The translations under genes were made by a program, and so were the position numbers. The notes under the pieces are model-generated. The model was not told the DNA's origin, searched no databases, and saw only the letters and a program-made list of their open reading frames with translations. Below, one piece after another: positions 34,912 to 44,310 of a stretch of DNA of 64,000 nucleotides; position 1 is the stretch's first letter, and each line of letters begins with the position of its first letter. The stretch comes from an uncultured Calditrichaceae bacterium (GTDB lineage: Bacteria; Calditrichota; Calditrichia; RBG-13-44-9; J075): assembly GCA_964522165.1 (NCBI GenBank), contig CAZFVV010000007.1, positions 8,130-72,129 of the forward strand, given 5' to 3'.

Positions 34912-36252
34912 ATGCGCGTTGTGTTGATTCTATGGTTCGCAGTAATTGTGGGATTATTGGCCCAGACCGAGGAAGTGCCCTTTCAAAAACAGGTTTTTGT
35001 CGCCCGCAACCGGGTGTTGCCGGCCCTGGTACACGTGGAGCCGATCATTAAAATCTACACCCGCGGCGAAGAGCAGCACGCCGTGGTTACCGGCAGCGGG
35101 GTCATTTTCTCCTCCGAGGGATACGTGATGACCAACCACCACGTGGCCGCAAACGCCGCCAAAGTATGGTGCACCCTCTCCAGTAAAGAGCGCATCACCG
35201 CCAGCGTGGTGGGCAGCGATCCTTCCACGGACATTGCAGTGCTGAAATTGAACACCGATGAACTCACCGACAAAAACGTCCCCCACGCCCGGTTGGGCAA
35301 TTCCGACAGTTTGGAGGTGGGGCAGATCGTTCTGGCGCTGGGCAGCCCGCTGGGACTCTCCCGCTCGGTATCCATGGGGGTAATCAGCTCCATCGACCGC
35401 TATTTTCCCAGCCAGGGAACCATGATTTCCCCCTACAATTTGTGGATCCAAACCGACGCCGCCATCAATCCCGGCAACAGCGGGGGGCCTTTGATCAACC
35501 TGCGCGGAGAAGTCATCGGCATCAACGCCCGGGCGGTATTCTTTGCGGAAAACCTGGGATTCGCCATTCCCATCAACCTCGCCCGGGAAGTGGCAGAAGA
35601 GATTCTCGAGGGAACCTCGGTGAAACGCAGTTGGATCGGGGTCGATATTCAACAGATCAAGGATTTGAAGGAGTACCTGAACCTGCCCGATTTTACCGGC
35701 GTGCTGATCGTGCAGGTGGAAGATAATTCCCCGGCGGCAAAAGCCGGTCTCCGCCCCGGGGAGGTTATCCGTAAAATCGGGGATACGCAAGTGAACGCCC
35801 CGTACGAAGAATCCCTTCCAACCATCCGCAAGATCATCAGCGGCCTGCCCCCGGATCAAAAAACGGCTTTTCGAATCTGGCGCGACAACAAGGAAAGGAC
35901 CGTAGAAATTCAGGCGGTGGAAGAACCGCTCATCGATGAACCGGAGCTGGAAGCGCCGAAATGGGGAATGGTGATCAAAAACCTCTCCTGGCACATTTAC
36001 CGGATGCAAATGCTCTCCGATTTTAACGGGGTCTATATCACCAGCGTGAAGCCGGGCAGCGCCGGGGAGTACGCGGATTTACGGGCCGGCGACGTGGTGC
36101 GCAAAATCAACGGCGAGACGGTCGAAGGCCGGCAGGATTTCCAGCGCCTCTACGAGCAATTCCAGGAGAAGGACAACAGCCCGGTGTTTCTGGAGCTGAT
36201 CCGCGGCGGCCATTCCTATTTTGCGGTCATTAAGCCGCGCCCGGAATTATAA
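34912..36252 (+). CDS. HtrA/DegP-family serine protease with two PDZ domains
   Basis: Signal peptide plus an intact catalytic triad context: 'VMTNHHV', 'DPSTDIAVLK', 'GNSGGPLIN'. Two PDZ-like regions follow (GVLIVQVEDNSPAAKAGLRPGEVI; GVYITSVKPGSAGEYADLRAGDVV). Confidence 0.92.
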   Translation: MRVVLILWFAVIVGLLAQTEEVPFQKQVFVARNRVLPALVHVEPIIKIYTRGEEQHAVVTGSGVIFSSEGYVMTNHHVAANAAKVWCTLSSKERITASVVGSDPSTDIAVLKLNTDELTDKNVPHARLGNSDSLEVGQIVLALGSPLGLSRSVSMGVISSIDRYFPSQGTMISPYNLWIQTDAAINPGNSGGPLINLRGEVIGINARAVFFAENLGFAIPINLAREVAEEILEGTSVKRSWIGVDIQQIKDLKEYLNLPDFTGVLIVQVEDNSPAAKAGLRPGEVIRKIGDTQVNAPYEESLPTIRKIISGLPPDQKTAFRIWRDNKERTVEIQAVEEPLIDEPELEAPKWGMVIKNLSWHIYRMQMLSDFNGVYITSVKPGSAGEYADLRAGDVVRKINGETVEGRQDFQRLYEQFQEKDNSPVFLELIRGGHSYFAVIKPRPEL

Positions 36253-36268
36253 GACTTTATCGGGAATG

Positions 36269-36533
36269 CGAATTACCAGTTGAAAAATTATGGCCACGAA
36301 GACACCAAGACGTTAAGGAAGCACAAAGAAATAGAAGAAATTTAAGGATATAAACGCTAAAACCTTTGTGAAACTTCCTGTCTTGGTGCCCTGGTGGCAA
36401 ACTTTCTTCAATGTCATCCCCAACTGGTAATTGGTATTGGGAATAAAAAATTAGACAGGATGCTCAGGATGAAACAGGTTAAAAATGTCGAAATTCAATG
36501 TCCTAATATCCAGTTAATCCAGTGCATCCTGTC
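36269..36533. repeat. two adjacent nested palindromic elements
   Basis: Outer arms cgaattaccagttg (36269-36282) / caactggtaattgg (36421-36434). Inner arms ggccacgaagacaccaagacg (36292-36312) / ctgtcttggtgccctggtggc (36378-36398). The second element is gacaggatgc (36454-36463) / gcatcctgtc (36524-36533). Confidence 0.75.
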
Positions 36534-36590
36534 AAAAAAGTTATTTTCTATAAAGTCCTTTGAAGAAGGCTTATTCAAGAAGAGGATAAA

Positions 36591-37997
36591 ATGAAGCGCA
36601 ACCTGTGGCTCGTATTTTTTCTTACCCTGGGAGTTATGGCGCCCGGCGTCTGCCAGCCCTCCCGGGCGCTTTTCCAGGAATTTCGCCCCAAAATCTGCTT
36701 AGTGCAATATTACAAGAACGTCTCCTCGCAATCGCAAATCGGTTCTTATTTCAAGGTGAAACAGTACCGCATCGGGATCATTGTCAATCCAGAAGGGCTG
36801 GTGATGGTGAACAGCGACGTGTACCCGTTATCGCTGGATATCATTTCCGGTGAAGGCGCTTCGTTCTCCTTTGGGGAGCCCAGTGATTTTAAGGTCAAAT
36901 TGTACGATGAAAAGGAATACGATGCGGAATTCATCGGAAAGGATGACCAGGTGCAGGCCGCTTTCCTGAAAATTACCGCGCCGCTTCCCGCGCCCCTTCC
37001 CTACGTGGAATTTGCCTCCGGCGAGGGTGTGGAGGTGGGACAGCCGGTATATTTATTGGAATTGCTGCAAGAACGCTATAATTTTGAACCGTTGTTTACC
37101 CCTTACACCATCAACGCCCTTATCACAACCCCGCGCCGGAAACTCTTGATCAATGCCGATAACTATGCGCTTTCCGCCGGGGGGCTGCTTATTACCGCGA
37201 CCGGTGAGGCCGTGGGCGTTATCCTGCGCAGCAGTATGGATTTTAGCTTCCGCCCTCCTTCCGAGTTCGAGGAATTCCACAAGGAATACCTGGAGATTGC
37301 CCCTTCGGAGTGGTTCCGCGATTTGATCAAAAATCCACCCATGTTAGGAAAAGCCGATTACCAGGGCAAGGCCTGGTTGGGAATCGGGATGCAGGCGCTG
37401 ACGCCGGAGCTGCGCGATTACTGGCAGGCGCCTGCGGAGGGCGGGGTGGTGGTCAACCGGGTTTACCCGGCCTCCCCGGCGGAGAAAGCCGGCCTGAAAC
37501 TGCAAGACGTCATCCTCACCTTTGATTACCAGGCAATTGATATCAAGCGCAACGAAGATTTGAACCGTTTCAAAGAAATGATTACCTCCAAAGCTCCCGG
37601 CGCCAGCGTAGAGCTCACAATCTTCCGCGAGGGCAAAACCCGCAAGCAGAAAGTTAAATTGGACGCCGCTCCCCGGGCTATCGACCTGGCGGAAAAAATT
37701 CAACTATCCGAATTAGGGGTGGAAGTGCGGGAGCTGACCCGCGATATTTTATATGACTACAACCTGTCACTGGACACCGAAGGCGTTTACGTTTACCAGG
37801 TGGACCACGCCTCTCCGGCGGGACTGGGCGGGCTGGAGGTGGGCGGCATCATCACCCGGGTGGACGGCCAGGCGGTGAACGATTTGCAGTCTTTCGCGGC
37901 GATCATAAAACGGGCCAACGAGGGAAATCCCCGGAAAATCATGTTGCAAGTGCAGCAGCGCCAGGAGACCCAATTCGTGTTTGTGGATGTGAAGTAA
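36591..37997 (+). CDS. HtrA-like protein with two PDZ domains but no catalytic triad (pseudo-protease)
   Basis: Collinear with the upstream HtrA, but the triad positions read 'VMVNSDV' (His to Asp), 'DDQVQAAFLK' (Asp to Gln) and 'LSAGGLLI' (Ser to Ala). The PDZ regions are retained (GVVVNRVYPASPAEKAGLKLQDVI; GVYVYQVDHASPAGLGGLEVGGII). Confidence 0.8.
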   Translation: MKRNLWLVFFLTLGVMAPGVCQPSRALFQEFRPKICLVQYYKNVSSQSQIGSYFKVKQYRIGIIVNPEGLVMVNSDVYPLSLDIISGEGASFSFGEPSDFKVKLYDEKEYDAEFIGKDDQVQAAFLKITAPLPAPLPYVEFASGEGVEVGQPVYLLELLQERYNFEPLFTPYTINALITTPRRKLLINADNYALSAGGLLITATGEAVGVILRSSMDFSFRPPSEFEEFHKEYLEIAPSEWFRDLIKNPPMLGKADYQGKAWLGIGMQALTPELRDYWQAPAEGGVVVNRVYPASPAEKAGLKLQDVILTFDYQAIDIKRNEDLNRFKEMITSKAPGASVELTIFREGKTRKQKVKLDAAPRAIDLAEKIQLSELGVEVRELTRDILYDYNLSLDTEGVYVYQVDHASPAGLGGLEVGGIITRVDGQAVNDLQSFAAIIKRANEGNPRKIMLQVQQRQETQFVFVDVK

Positions 37998-38068
37998 TGT
38001 GAGTTAGGGGTTTGGAGTTGAGAGTACTAAACCAGGGGGCATCCTAATAAACCTGCATCGACAGTTGA

Positions 38069-38112
38069 ATTTTTCATTTTGCACTTTTCACTTTTCATTT
38101 TTCACTTTTCAC
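38069..38112. repeat. solo arm of the 'gtgaaaagtgcaaa' repeat family
   Basis: 'tttttcattttgcacttttcacttttcatttttcacttttcac' lies immediately upstream of the NUDIX start codon. Confidence 0.6.
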
Positions 38113-38118
38113 ACTCCC

Positions 38119-38580
38119 ATGCCCTACACTTACAAATATCCCCGCCCGATGGTCACGGTGGATATTTTTTTGCTGCGCCGCCAGGGCGGGGAATTACAAA
38201 TTTTACTAATCCGGCGGGATAGAGCGCCCTTCCGGGGGAGCTGGGCGCTGCCGGGAGGCTACGTTCACCGGGATGAATCCTTAGAAGCCGCGGCCCGCCG
38301 GGAATTACGCGAAGAGACCGGCCTGGAGAATATCCCGCTCCGGCAATTGGGCGCTTACGGGGATCCCGGGCGGGATCCCCGCGGGCATACCATTACCATT
38401 GTTTATGGCGGAGTTATAGAGACTGACAAACCGGTTCAACCGGTTGCCGGCAGCGACGCCTGCCAGGCGGGGTGGTTCCCGGCGGGACAGTTGCCGGTAT
38501 TGGCCTTCGACCATACCCGGATTATCACGGAGCGCCTGGGAGAATTCCGCGATTCATTAGAGTTGAAACGTAAAACGTAA
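38119..38580 (+). CDS. NUDIX hydrolase
   Basis: Nudix box 'GGYVHRDESLEAAARRELREETGL'. The start was chosen at MPYTYKYPRP because the track ORF's N-terminal extension is a translated repeat. Confidence 0.85.
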   Translation: MPYTYKYPRPMVTVDIFLLRRQGGELQILLIRRDRAPFRGSWALPGGYVHRDESLEAAARRELREETGLENIPLRQLGAYGDPGRDPRGHTITIVYGGVIETDKPVQPVAGSDACQAGWFPAGQLPVLAFDHTRIITERLGEFRDSLELKRKT

Positions 38581-38802
38581 TGCGTAAAATGGAATACGAA
38601 ATACGTAATAATCATTAAAGGTTACACATTACGTTTCGCGCACCGCGCACCACCGTTCTGCCGCCCAATTTCCTCAACCTTTCATTGTTTTTTTGGAAGG
38701 GGTTATTTATATTTGGCGTGGTTTAATTGAAATCGTTCTGATTTTCCAGCCGTTAAGCGCTTGATGGGGCAAGCGGAAACCAGTTCAACCCAAATAGAAT
38801 GA

Positions 38803-39972
38803 ATGGCCATGAATCCTAAAAAAATTTTAGTACCCATTTTTATGCTTATCATAATTCTGGCGGGATTATCAACCTCGCTCCACGCGCAGAAAAAATGGCA
38901 TGAATATTATAAAGCGGGGATGGAGGCGCAGACTCGGGGGGACTGGCAGGCCGCGGTAGAAAACTTCCAGTCAGCCATCCGCCTGAAGGACCAGGAAACC
39001 TCCAAGGTCCGCGCCTACGGCACCATCTTTATCGAATATTATCCCCACCGGGAGTTGGGAATTTCCTACTACCATCTCGGTGATATGGCGAAGGCGCAGC
39101 AGGAATTGGGATATTCGGTCTCCAAAAGCTCCTCCCTGCGAGCAAAGGATTATTTGAAGAGAATTGCCGAAGGCCAACCGCCATCTACGGATACGGCAAC
39201 TCCCGCGGTTACCACAACTCTCGCTCCTGCCACGGGTAGTACCAAACCCGCTACTCCCCCGGCGGTGGAGCCGGCTTCCAGCAGTCTGGTAGGAGAGCGA
39301 TTGAGCATGGCGGTACTTCCTTTTTCCAGCAAAGGCATCGGGCAGGAATTGGGCGAGATCGACCTGTTCGATAAACTGATCACCTCCTTTGTGAATACCA
39401 AGCGATTTAAAGTGTTCGAGCGGGCGCAGTTGCAAAAAATCTTAGAAGAGCAGCAATTAGGCGCTTCCGGGGTGATTGACATTTCCACCGCCGCCCAGTT
39501 CGGAAAAGGCATCGGGGTGGACGCGGTGGTGGTAGGCAGCATTACCCAGGCCGGCAACTCGGTGAGCGTGGACGCGCGTTTGATCGACACCGAAACCACC
39601 GCGATCATTACCGCAAAAGACGCCTTCAGCAACAGCGTGAACCTGCAAAGCCTCTCCAACATGATCAACGAGATGGCCAATAAAATCAAAGACGACCTGC
39701 CGCTGGTGCAGGGGTACGTGGTGCAGGTAGAGGGTTCCCGGGTCACCCTGGACATCGGCTACAACCAGGGGGTGCGGAGAGGGATCAAGTGCCACGTGTT
39801 CCGGGAGGGCGCTCCTTTAGTGCACCCGGTTACCGGGGAGGTGATTTCCCGCAGCATTCAGGAAATTTGCGAAGTGCAAGTCAACGAAGTATTCGACGCC
39901 TATTCGGTAGCCACCATCACCAAACCGAAAAACGGCGACCCGATGTCGCGCGACCGGATTATTACCAAGTAG
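38803..39972 (+). CDS. secreted TPR + CsgG/FlgO-like lipoprotein-type domain protein
   Basis: Signal peptide, one TPR-like region, a Pro/Thr/Ala linker, then 'MAVLPFSSKGIGQELGEIDLFDKLITSFVNTKRFKVFERAQLQKILEEQQLGASG...GVDAVVVGSITQAGNSVSVDARLIDTETTAII', which resembles the CsgG/FlgO/LpoB fold family. A C-terminal beta-rich domain follows. Confidence 0.6.
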   Translation: MAMNPKKILVPIFMLIIILAGLSTSLHAQKKWHEYYKAGMEAQTRGDWQAAVENFQSAIRLKDQETSKVRAYGTIFIEYYPHRELGISYYHLGDMAKAQQELGYSVSKSSSLRAKDYLKRIAEGQPPSTDTATPAVTTTLAPATGSTKPATPPAVEPASSSLVGERLSMAVLPFSSKGIGQELGEIDLFDKLITSFVNTKRFKVFERAQLQKILEEQQLGASGVIDISTAAQFGKGIGVDAVVVGSITQAGNSVSVDARLIDTETTAIITAKDAFSNSVNLQSLSNMINEMANKIKDDLPLVQGYVVQVEGSRVTLDIGYNQGVRRGIKCHVFREGAPLVHPVTGEVISRSIQEICEVQVNEVFDAYSVATITKPKNGDPMSRDRIITK

Positions 39973-40093
39973 ATTATTTATCCGACGTGAAGAGAAACTT
40001 CTGCTCCATGTGATTTAGAAACGGAACATTCATCGTGAGATAGCTCTTTCGCCTAATCCTCTTCAATCTCAACCCAATTCAGGAGAAATTTTT

Positions 40094-40825
40094 ATGAAAA
40101 CAAGTGTACGGTTGTTATTTCTGGCGCTGGTTATGTTGGTAGGAACCAGCCAGCTTTTTGCCCAGGCGCGGCGCGGACAGTTTGAGATTTATGCCGGGGC
40201 CAATATCCCCCTGGGACCTGAGGGATTTAAAGATTATTACAAAATGGGTTTCAGCCTCAATGGCCAATATGTGTTTTTCCCTTCAGTACGGGTGGGCATT
40301 CCCATTTTTGCAGGCTATGAATTCTTTTCGGTTAATTCTGACGCCATCAATGATGACTTCGAGTCACTGTTACGCTCTGAGTTGCAAGGAAGCGGATTGG
40401 AATTGGTAAGCTCCGATCTGGACGTCAGCGGAAGCGCCAGCATTATACGATTCGGCGCCGGGGTGCGGCCTTACCTGACCGCGCCGGAAGCCTCAACCCA
40501 GTTCTTCCTGTTTGGAAACGCCACTTTCAACATTCTGAAATCCAAAACTGAGTTGAATGGCGGCAGCGTTACCGTTACCGATGGGGTTAACACGGAGACC
40601 TTAGAGTTAGAAGGAGGCTCCAGCGAAGGTGATGAGAGTAAAATTGGCCTGGCGATTGGCGGGGGCATCGAAATACCCGCGGGCGAGAAAATCAACCTGA
40701 TTTTCCAGGGATTGGCCAATTTTATTTTCACGTCTTCGGAAGAGATCGACCTGGGTGACGGAACCACGGAAAAAGTGGGCGGAACAACCAGTTTTGTAGG
40801 GATTACCGCGGGGATAATCTTCTAA
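40094..40825 (+). CDS. outer-membrane beta-barrel protein
   Basis: Signal peptide (LALVMLVGTSQLFAQ), alternating amphipathic strands, and an aromatic C-terminal residue (...ITAGIIF). Confidence 0.7.
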   Translation: MKTSVRLLFLALVMLVGTSQLFAQARRGQFEIYAGANIPLGPEGFKDYYKMGFSLNGQYVFFPSVRVGIPIFAGYEFFSVNSDAINDDFESLLRSELQGSGLELVSSDLDVSGSASIIRFGAGVRPYLTAPEASTQFFLFGNATFNILKSKTELNGGSVTVTDGVNTETLELEGGSSEGDESKIGLAIGGGIEIPAGEKINLIFQGLANFIFTSSEEIDLGDGTTEKVGGTTSFVGITAGIIF

Positions 40826-40858
40826 TCCTGTGAATCTTTTTTTTACCTTAAACATTAG

Positions 40859-40898
40859 AGGCCGGTCAGAAAAGGAATTCTCTTAACCGGCCTTTTTT
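40859..40898 (+). terminator. rho-independent terminator after the OMP gene
   Basis: Stem ggccggt (40860-40866) / accggcc (40886-40892) followed by TTTTTT. It overlaps the stop of the convergent phosphatase gene. Confidence 0.65.
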
Positions 40899-43041
40899 AT
40901 TCTACATACACCACCAGCAGCGTCACGTCATCCTGGAATTCCTCTCCCCCCACAAATTTCTTGATTTCTTCCAGAATCAAAAATTTCATTTCCCGGGGGG
41001 ATTTCCCATAATTCTCCCGCAGCAACCCCGCCAGCCGCTCCTCCCCAAATTCCTCCCCGGCGGAGTCTTTGACTTCCGTAACCCCGTCGGTGTAAAAACA
41101 CAGGTAGTCGCCAGAATTTACCGAAACGGCAGTTTGCACGTACTGCCGGTTGGCGACAAACCCCAGTACAATCCCCCCTTTATCCAGGTATTCCGCGGAT
41201 CCGTCTTTGCGAAGCAGGATGGGTGGATTGTGCCCGGCATTGCAATAGACAAAGCTTTTTTTGGCGCAATCAAATATCCCGAAGCAAAAAGTGACGTAAT
41301 AGGCCGGGGTAGTTACATCCGTGAGCAGGTTATTCAACAGCGCCACCACCGTGGCCACCGGGTGGATTTCGTTGAACAGGCTTTTGAAGCCGGCATAAGC
41401 CAGCGCCATCAGGAGCGCTCCCGAGGCGCCCTTGCCGGATCCGTCCCCGATGGCAATTCCCTGGCGGCATTCGTCGATTTTGAAAGCGTCGTATAAATCC
41501 CCGCCTACGATCCGGCTGGGAATATTCAGCACTTCGATGTTAAGCCCTTTGATGGTCGGAAAACGGCGGGGGAGTAAGGCCTGCTGTACTTTAGAGGCCA
41601 CCACCAATTCGCTTTCCAGCTCTTTTTTCTTCAGCGAATCTTCGTAGAGCTGGGCGTTGCGGATGGCGATAGACGCCAGGCCGGAAAAAATCGTCAGCAG
41701 TTCCAAGTCTGCGGATTTGAAGTAGTTCAACTTATCACTTTCCAGCACCAGCGCCCCGATGGCATGGTCCCGGCTGATGATCGGCACGGTGATCTGCGAA
41801 TGGGTTTGGGAACGCGCCGGGTAATAATGCGGACTTTTGGAAACATCCGGGATAATGGAGCCTCGTTTGGTACGAATCACCCACCCGCTGATTCCCTCGG
41901 TAATTTTCAGGGAGAGGGTTTTTCGGGAGCGATGGTGATATCCCCGGGCGATCAGCTCCTGCATGGTTTGGGTGTTCTGATCCACTAATACGATGGCCGC
42001 GGCATCATAGCTGACCAGGTGAGAGAGGTTCTCGATGATGCTTTCCAGCACGCCCTTGAGGCTGAGGGTAGCGGAAATGTTCTTGACGATCTCCAGCAGC
42101 AGATCGCTCTCCAGGGACTTGCGTTTGATCTCGCTGTGAATACGGGCATTTTCCAAAACATCCGCGGTTTTCAGAAAAAGCTCCAGTAAAAATTCCTTTA
42201 CTTCCGGCATATTCAGGTAGTGCTTCAGCACGTGATGGAAGAGGATAAATCCTACCACGCTTTTTGCGCCCCGCAGGGGCAGGAAGTAGGCGAACTTTTT
42301 GGACTGCATGTGGCTATGGATCAACCCCCGGCAGGAAGGATAATCCTGCCAGATTTTTTCCAGGGAATAGAACCGGATCGGGGCGGCAAAGGGGGAGTTA
42401 GAGGAGTTCCCCGGCAGGAATTCGATTTCCCTTCTGAGCGCGGGGTCGGGATGAGAATGGTTCAAGTATTCAAAAGAGCTGCCGGAGTACAGATAAACCA
42501 CGTACTGGTCGGGAGTAAAAGTGGTATTCAAAAACCGGGTGAATTTCTCTAACAGAACATCGTATTCGATGATCGAATCCATTTCCCGGTTGAAGGAGTG
42601 GGCGGCTTTTTTGAGCCGGTAAAGCGTATGGTAAAAGCTTCTGTCGATGACTTTTTGGATGAGTTCCGTGAGTTTGCCGCGGTTGGTAATGACAATAGCC
42701 ATGGTTAGCAAAAAAGCGAGGGAGGCAGCCCATCTTTCCAGGGCCAGGGCTAACAATTCCCGGAAAACCCAATAGATGGCAAAATAGATGAAGAGCTTGA
42801 ATATAAATAAAAGCAGTTTATTCGGTTTCAGTAGTGAATACAATGCCAAATACCCCGGGTCGAAAAATGAGCCGGAATATAGAACATCGCCGGAATGGAA
42901 CGCAAGTGCTTCAAAACATATTATACTGTGGGGGATGGCGGATACCGGATGCCGGTAAAATTTTCCCCTGTACCAATTTACATTTCCCTTGAATAGCGCA
43001 GGCTTCTTCCCTAAGTTCTCGCTTCTTTGAGAGTGATGCAA
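40897..43041 (-). CDS. membrane-anchored GAF + PP2C/SpoIIE-type protein phosphatase (RsbU-like)
   Basis: N-terminal TM helices, a GAF-like region (AAAIVLVDQNTQTMQELIARGY...ITVPIISRDHAIGALVLES) and a PP2C/SpoIIE region (GGDLYDAF...GIAIGDGSGKGASGALLMA...YLCFYTDGVTE...QDDVTLLVVYV). The true start is probably internal, because 43041 is only 2 nt from the divergent smpB ATG. Confidence 0.8.
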   Translation of the reverse strand: MHHSQRSENLGKKPALFKGNVNWYRGKFYRHPVSAIPHSIICFEALAFHSGDVLYSGSFFDPGYLALYSLLKPNKLLLFIFKLFIYFAIYWVFRELLALALERWAASLAFLLTMAIVITNRGKLTELIQKVIDRSFYHTLYRLKKAAHSFNREMDSIIEYDVLLEKFTRFLNTTFTPDQYVVYLYSGSSFEYLNHSHPDPALRREIEFLPGNSSNSPFAAPIRFYSLEKIWQDYPSCRGLIHSHMQSKKFAYFLPLRGAKSVVGFILFHHVLKHYLNMPEVKEFLLELFLKTADVLENARIHSEIKRKSLESDLLLEIVKNISATLSLKGVLESIIENLSHLVSYDAAAIVLVDQNTQTMQELIARGYHHRSRKTLSLKITEGISGWVIRTKRGSIIPDVSKSPHYYPARSQTHSQITVPIISRDHAIGALVLESDKLNYFKSADLELLTIFSGLASIAIRNAQLYEDSLKKKELESELVVASKVQQALLPRRFPTIKGLNIEVLNIPSRIVGGDLYDAFKIDECRQGIAIGDGSGKGASGALLMALAYAGFKSLFNEIHPVATVVALLNNLLTDVTTPAYYVTFCFGIFDCAKKSFVYCNAGHNPPILLRKDGSAEYLDKGGIVLGFVANRQYVQTAVSVNSGDYLCFYTDGVTEVKDSAGEEFGEERLAGLLRENYGKSPREMKFLILEEIKKFVGGEEFQDDVTLLVVYVE

Positions 43042-43043
43042 GA

Positions 43044-43508
43044 ATGAGCGAAAATATCAAAATTATTACTTCGAATAAAAAGGCCTTTCACGACTACCAC
43101 ATCAGCGAGACCGTGGAAGCCGGAATGGTTTTGACCGGCACGGAGGTGAAGTCCCTGCGGGCGGGGCGCTGTAATTTGAAGGACAGCTACGCAAAGGTGA
43201 TCAATGACGAATTGTGGTTGATCGGGATGCACATCAGCGCTTACGAAAACGAAGGCTATGTTACCCACGACCCGGAGGCGCGGCGGAAATTGCTGCTGCA
43301 CCGCTCCGAGATTATGCGCCTGCACCGCAAAGTGATGGAAAAAGGAATCACCCTGATCCCCCTGAAAGTGTATTTCAAAAACGGCTGGGCTAAAGTGGAG
43401 CTGGGCCTGGCCAGCGGCAAGCGCCAGTATGATAAACGCCAGGACATCGCCCAGCGCGACCAGCAGCGGGAGATGAAGCGGCTGCAGAAAAAATACAAAG
43501 TCAAGTAG
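43044..43508 (+). CDS. smpB: SsrA-binding protein SmpB
   Basis: 'NKKAFHDYHISETVEAGMVLTGTEVKSLRAGRCNLKDSYA...LLLHRSEI...GITLIPLKVYFKNGWAKVELGLASGKRQYDKR'. Confidence 0.95.
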   Translation: MSENIKIITSNKKAFHDYHISETVEAGMVLTGTEVKSLRAGRCNLKDSYAKVINDELWLIGMHISAYENEGYVTHDPEARRKLLLHRSEIMRLHRKVMEKGITLIPLKVYFKNGWAKVELGLASGKRQYDKRQDIAQRDQQREMKRLQKKYKVK

Positions 43509-43521
43509 AATTGATGAGTAG

Positions 43522-43572
43522 TGCATCGTGGCGGAAGTTTTTCGTCGTATGTCATGTTTCGATTCCGCTCAG
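43522..43572. repeat. left-arm copy of the 44159-44310 element
   Basis: tgcatcgtggcggaagtttttcgtcgtatgtcatgtttcgattccgctcag versus 44159.. tgcatcgtgacggaagtctttcttcgcatgttatgtttcgactcc...gctcag. The two copies are in direct orientation. Confidence 0.75.
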
Positions 43573-43753
43573 CTTTTATACCGATTCTTGACTAAAACGC
43601 GGGTTGAGCGTTAACTTGCGGGTGACGATTCTGAGAATAAGTTATTTGAGATAGATTAAAACCAGCTTCCGGTGGAAAAGTTAGCGCTCTTGTGCTTTGA
43701 GTTAACTGTGGGGGTTGGGGGAGGAGATGGTTTATAATGTCAGGAGATGAGAT

Positions 43754-44158
43754 ATGTTCATAACCTTACTTATTGTAACTTTCCTGATAGCTGCAGCCAC
43801 GTCAGCAGTCGTAGCCTTCCTGTTCTCGCGCCCCATAAATAAGATCCTTAGTCGCCTCGTATCCGATGAACTCGCACCAATGTGGCGACGATATGTTGTT
43901 TTTGCGATTTACGTGGTTGGTATATCGGGTGGAGTCCGTGTCTGGGATGTAGAGAGATATATTACTCCGGATAGGGAAGGACAGATACTTGTGCTAAACT
44001 CTGATCGATGGGTCATTGAGATCTACAAAACGGTTATAAGCGCTCTTCAAAGTGCTGCATGGATGTTACTTGTATTTTTTCTCTTTGCACTTTTAGCTTA
44101 CGTTATTGTTCGGGGCTTCGAGTGGAAGCGGACGATCAGTGGCCCTGAGAAAGGCTAA
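43754..44158 (+). CDS. small three-TM membrane protein, unknown function, compositionally atypical
   Basis: 134 aa. A/T-rich third codon positions contrast with all neighbouring genes. The ORF is flanked by direct copies of a repeat element. Confidence 0.55.
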   Translation: MFITLLIVTFLIAAATSAVVAFLFSRPINKILSRLVSDELAPMWRRYVVFAIYVVGISGGVRVWDVERYITPDREGQILVLNSDRWVIEIYKTVISALQSAAWMLLVFFLFALLAYVIVRGFEWKRTISGPEKG

Positions 44159-44310
44159 TGCATCGTGACGGAAGTCTTTCTTCGCATGTTATGTTTCGAC
44201 TCCCCTTCGACAAGCTCAGGGCAGGCTGTTCAGCATGACAGCATGAAGTTACCCTGAGCGAAGTCGAAGGGTGAACGAAGCAAATGGCGAATAACTTCCG
44301 CCGCAATGCA
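44159..44310. repeat. ~150-bp hairpin-forming REP/MITE-like element
   Basis: The ends tgcatcgtgacggaagt (44159..) and acttccgccgcaatgca (..44310) are reverse complements. Inner arms 'ccccttcgacaagctcaggg' / 'ccctgagcgaagtcgaaggg' also pair. Confidence 0.8.
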
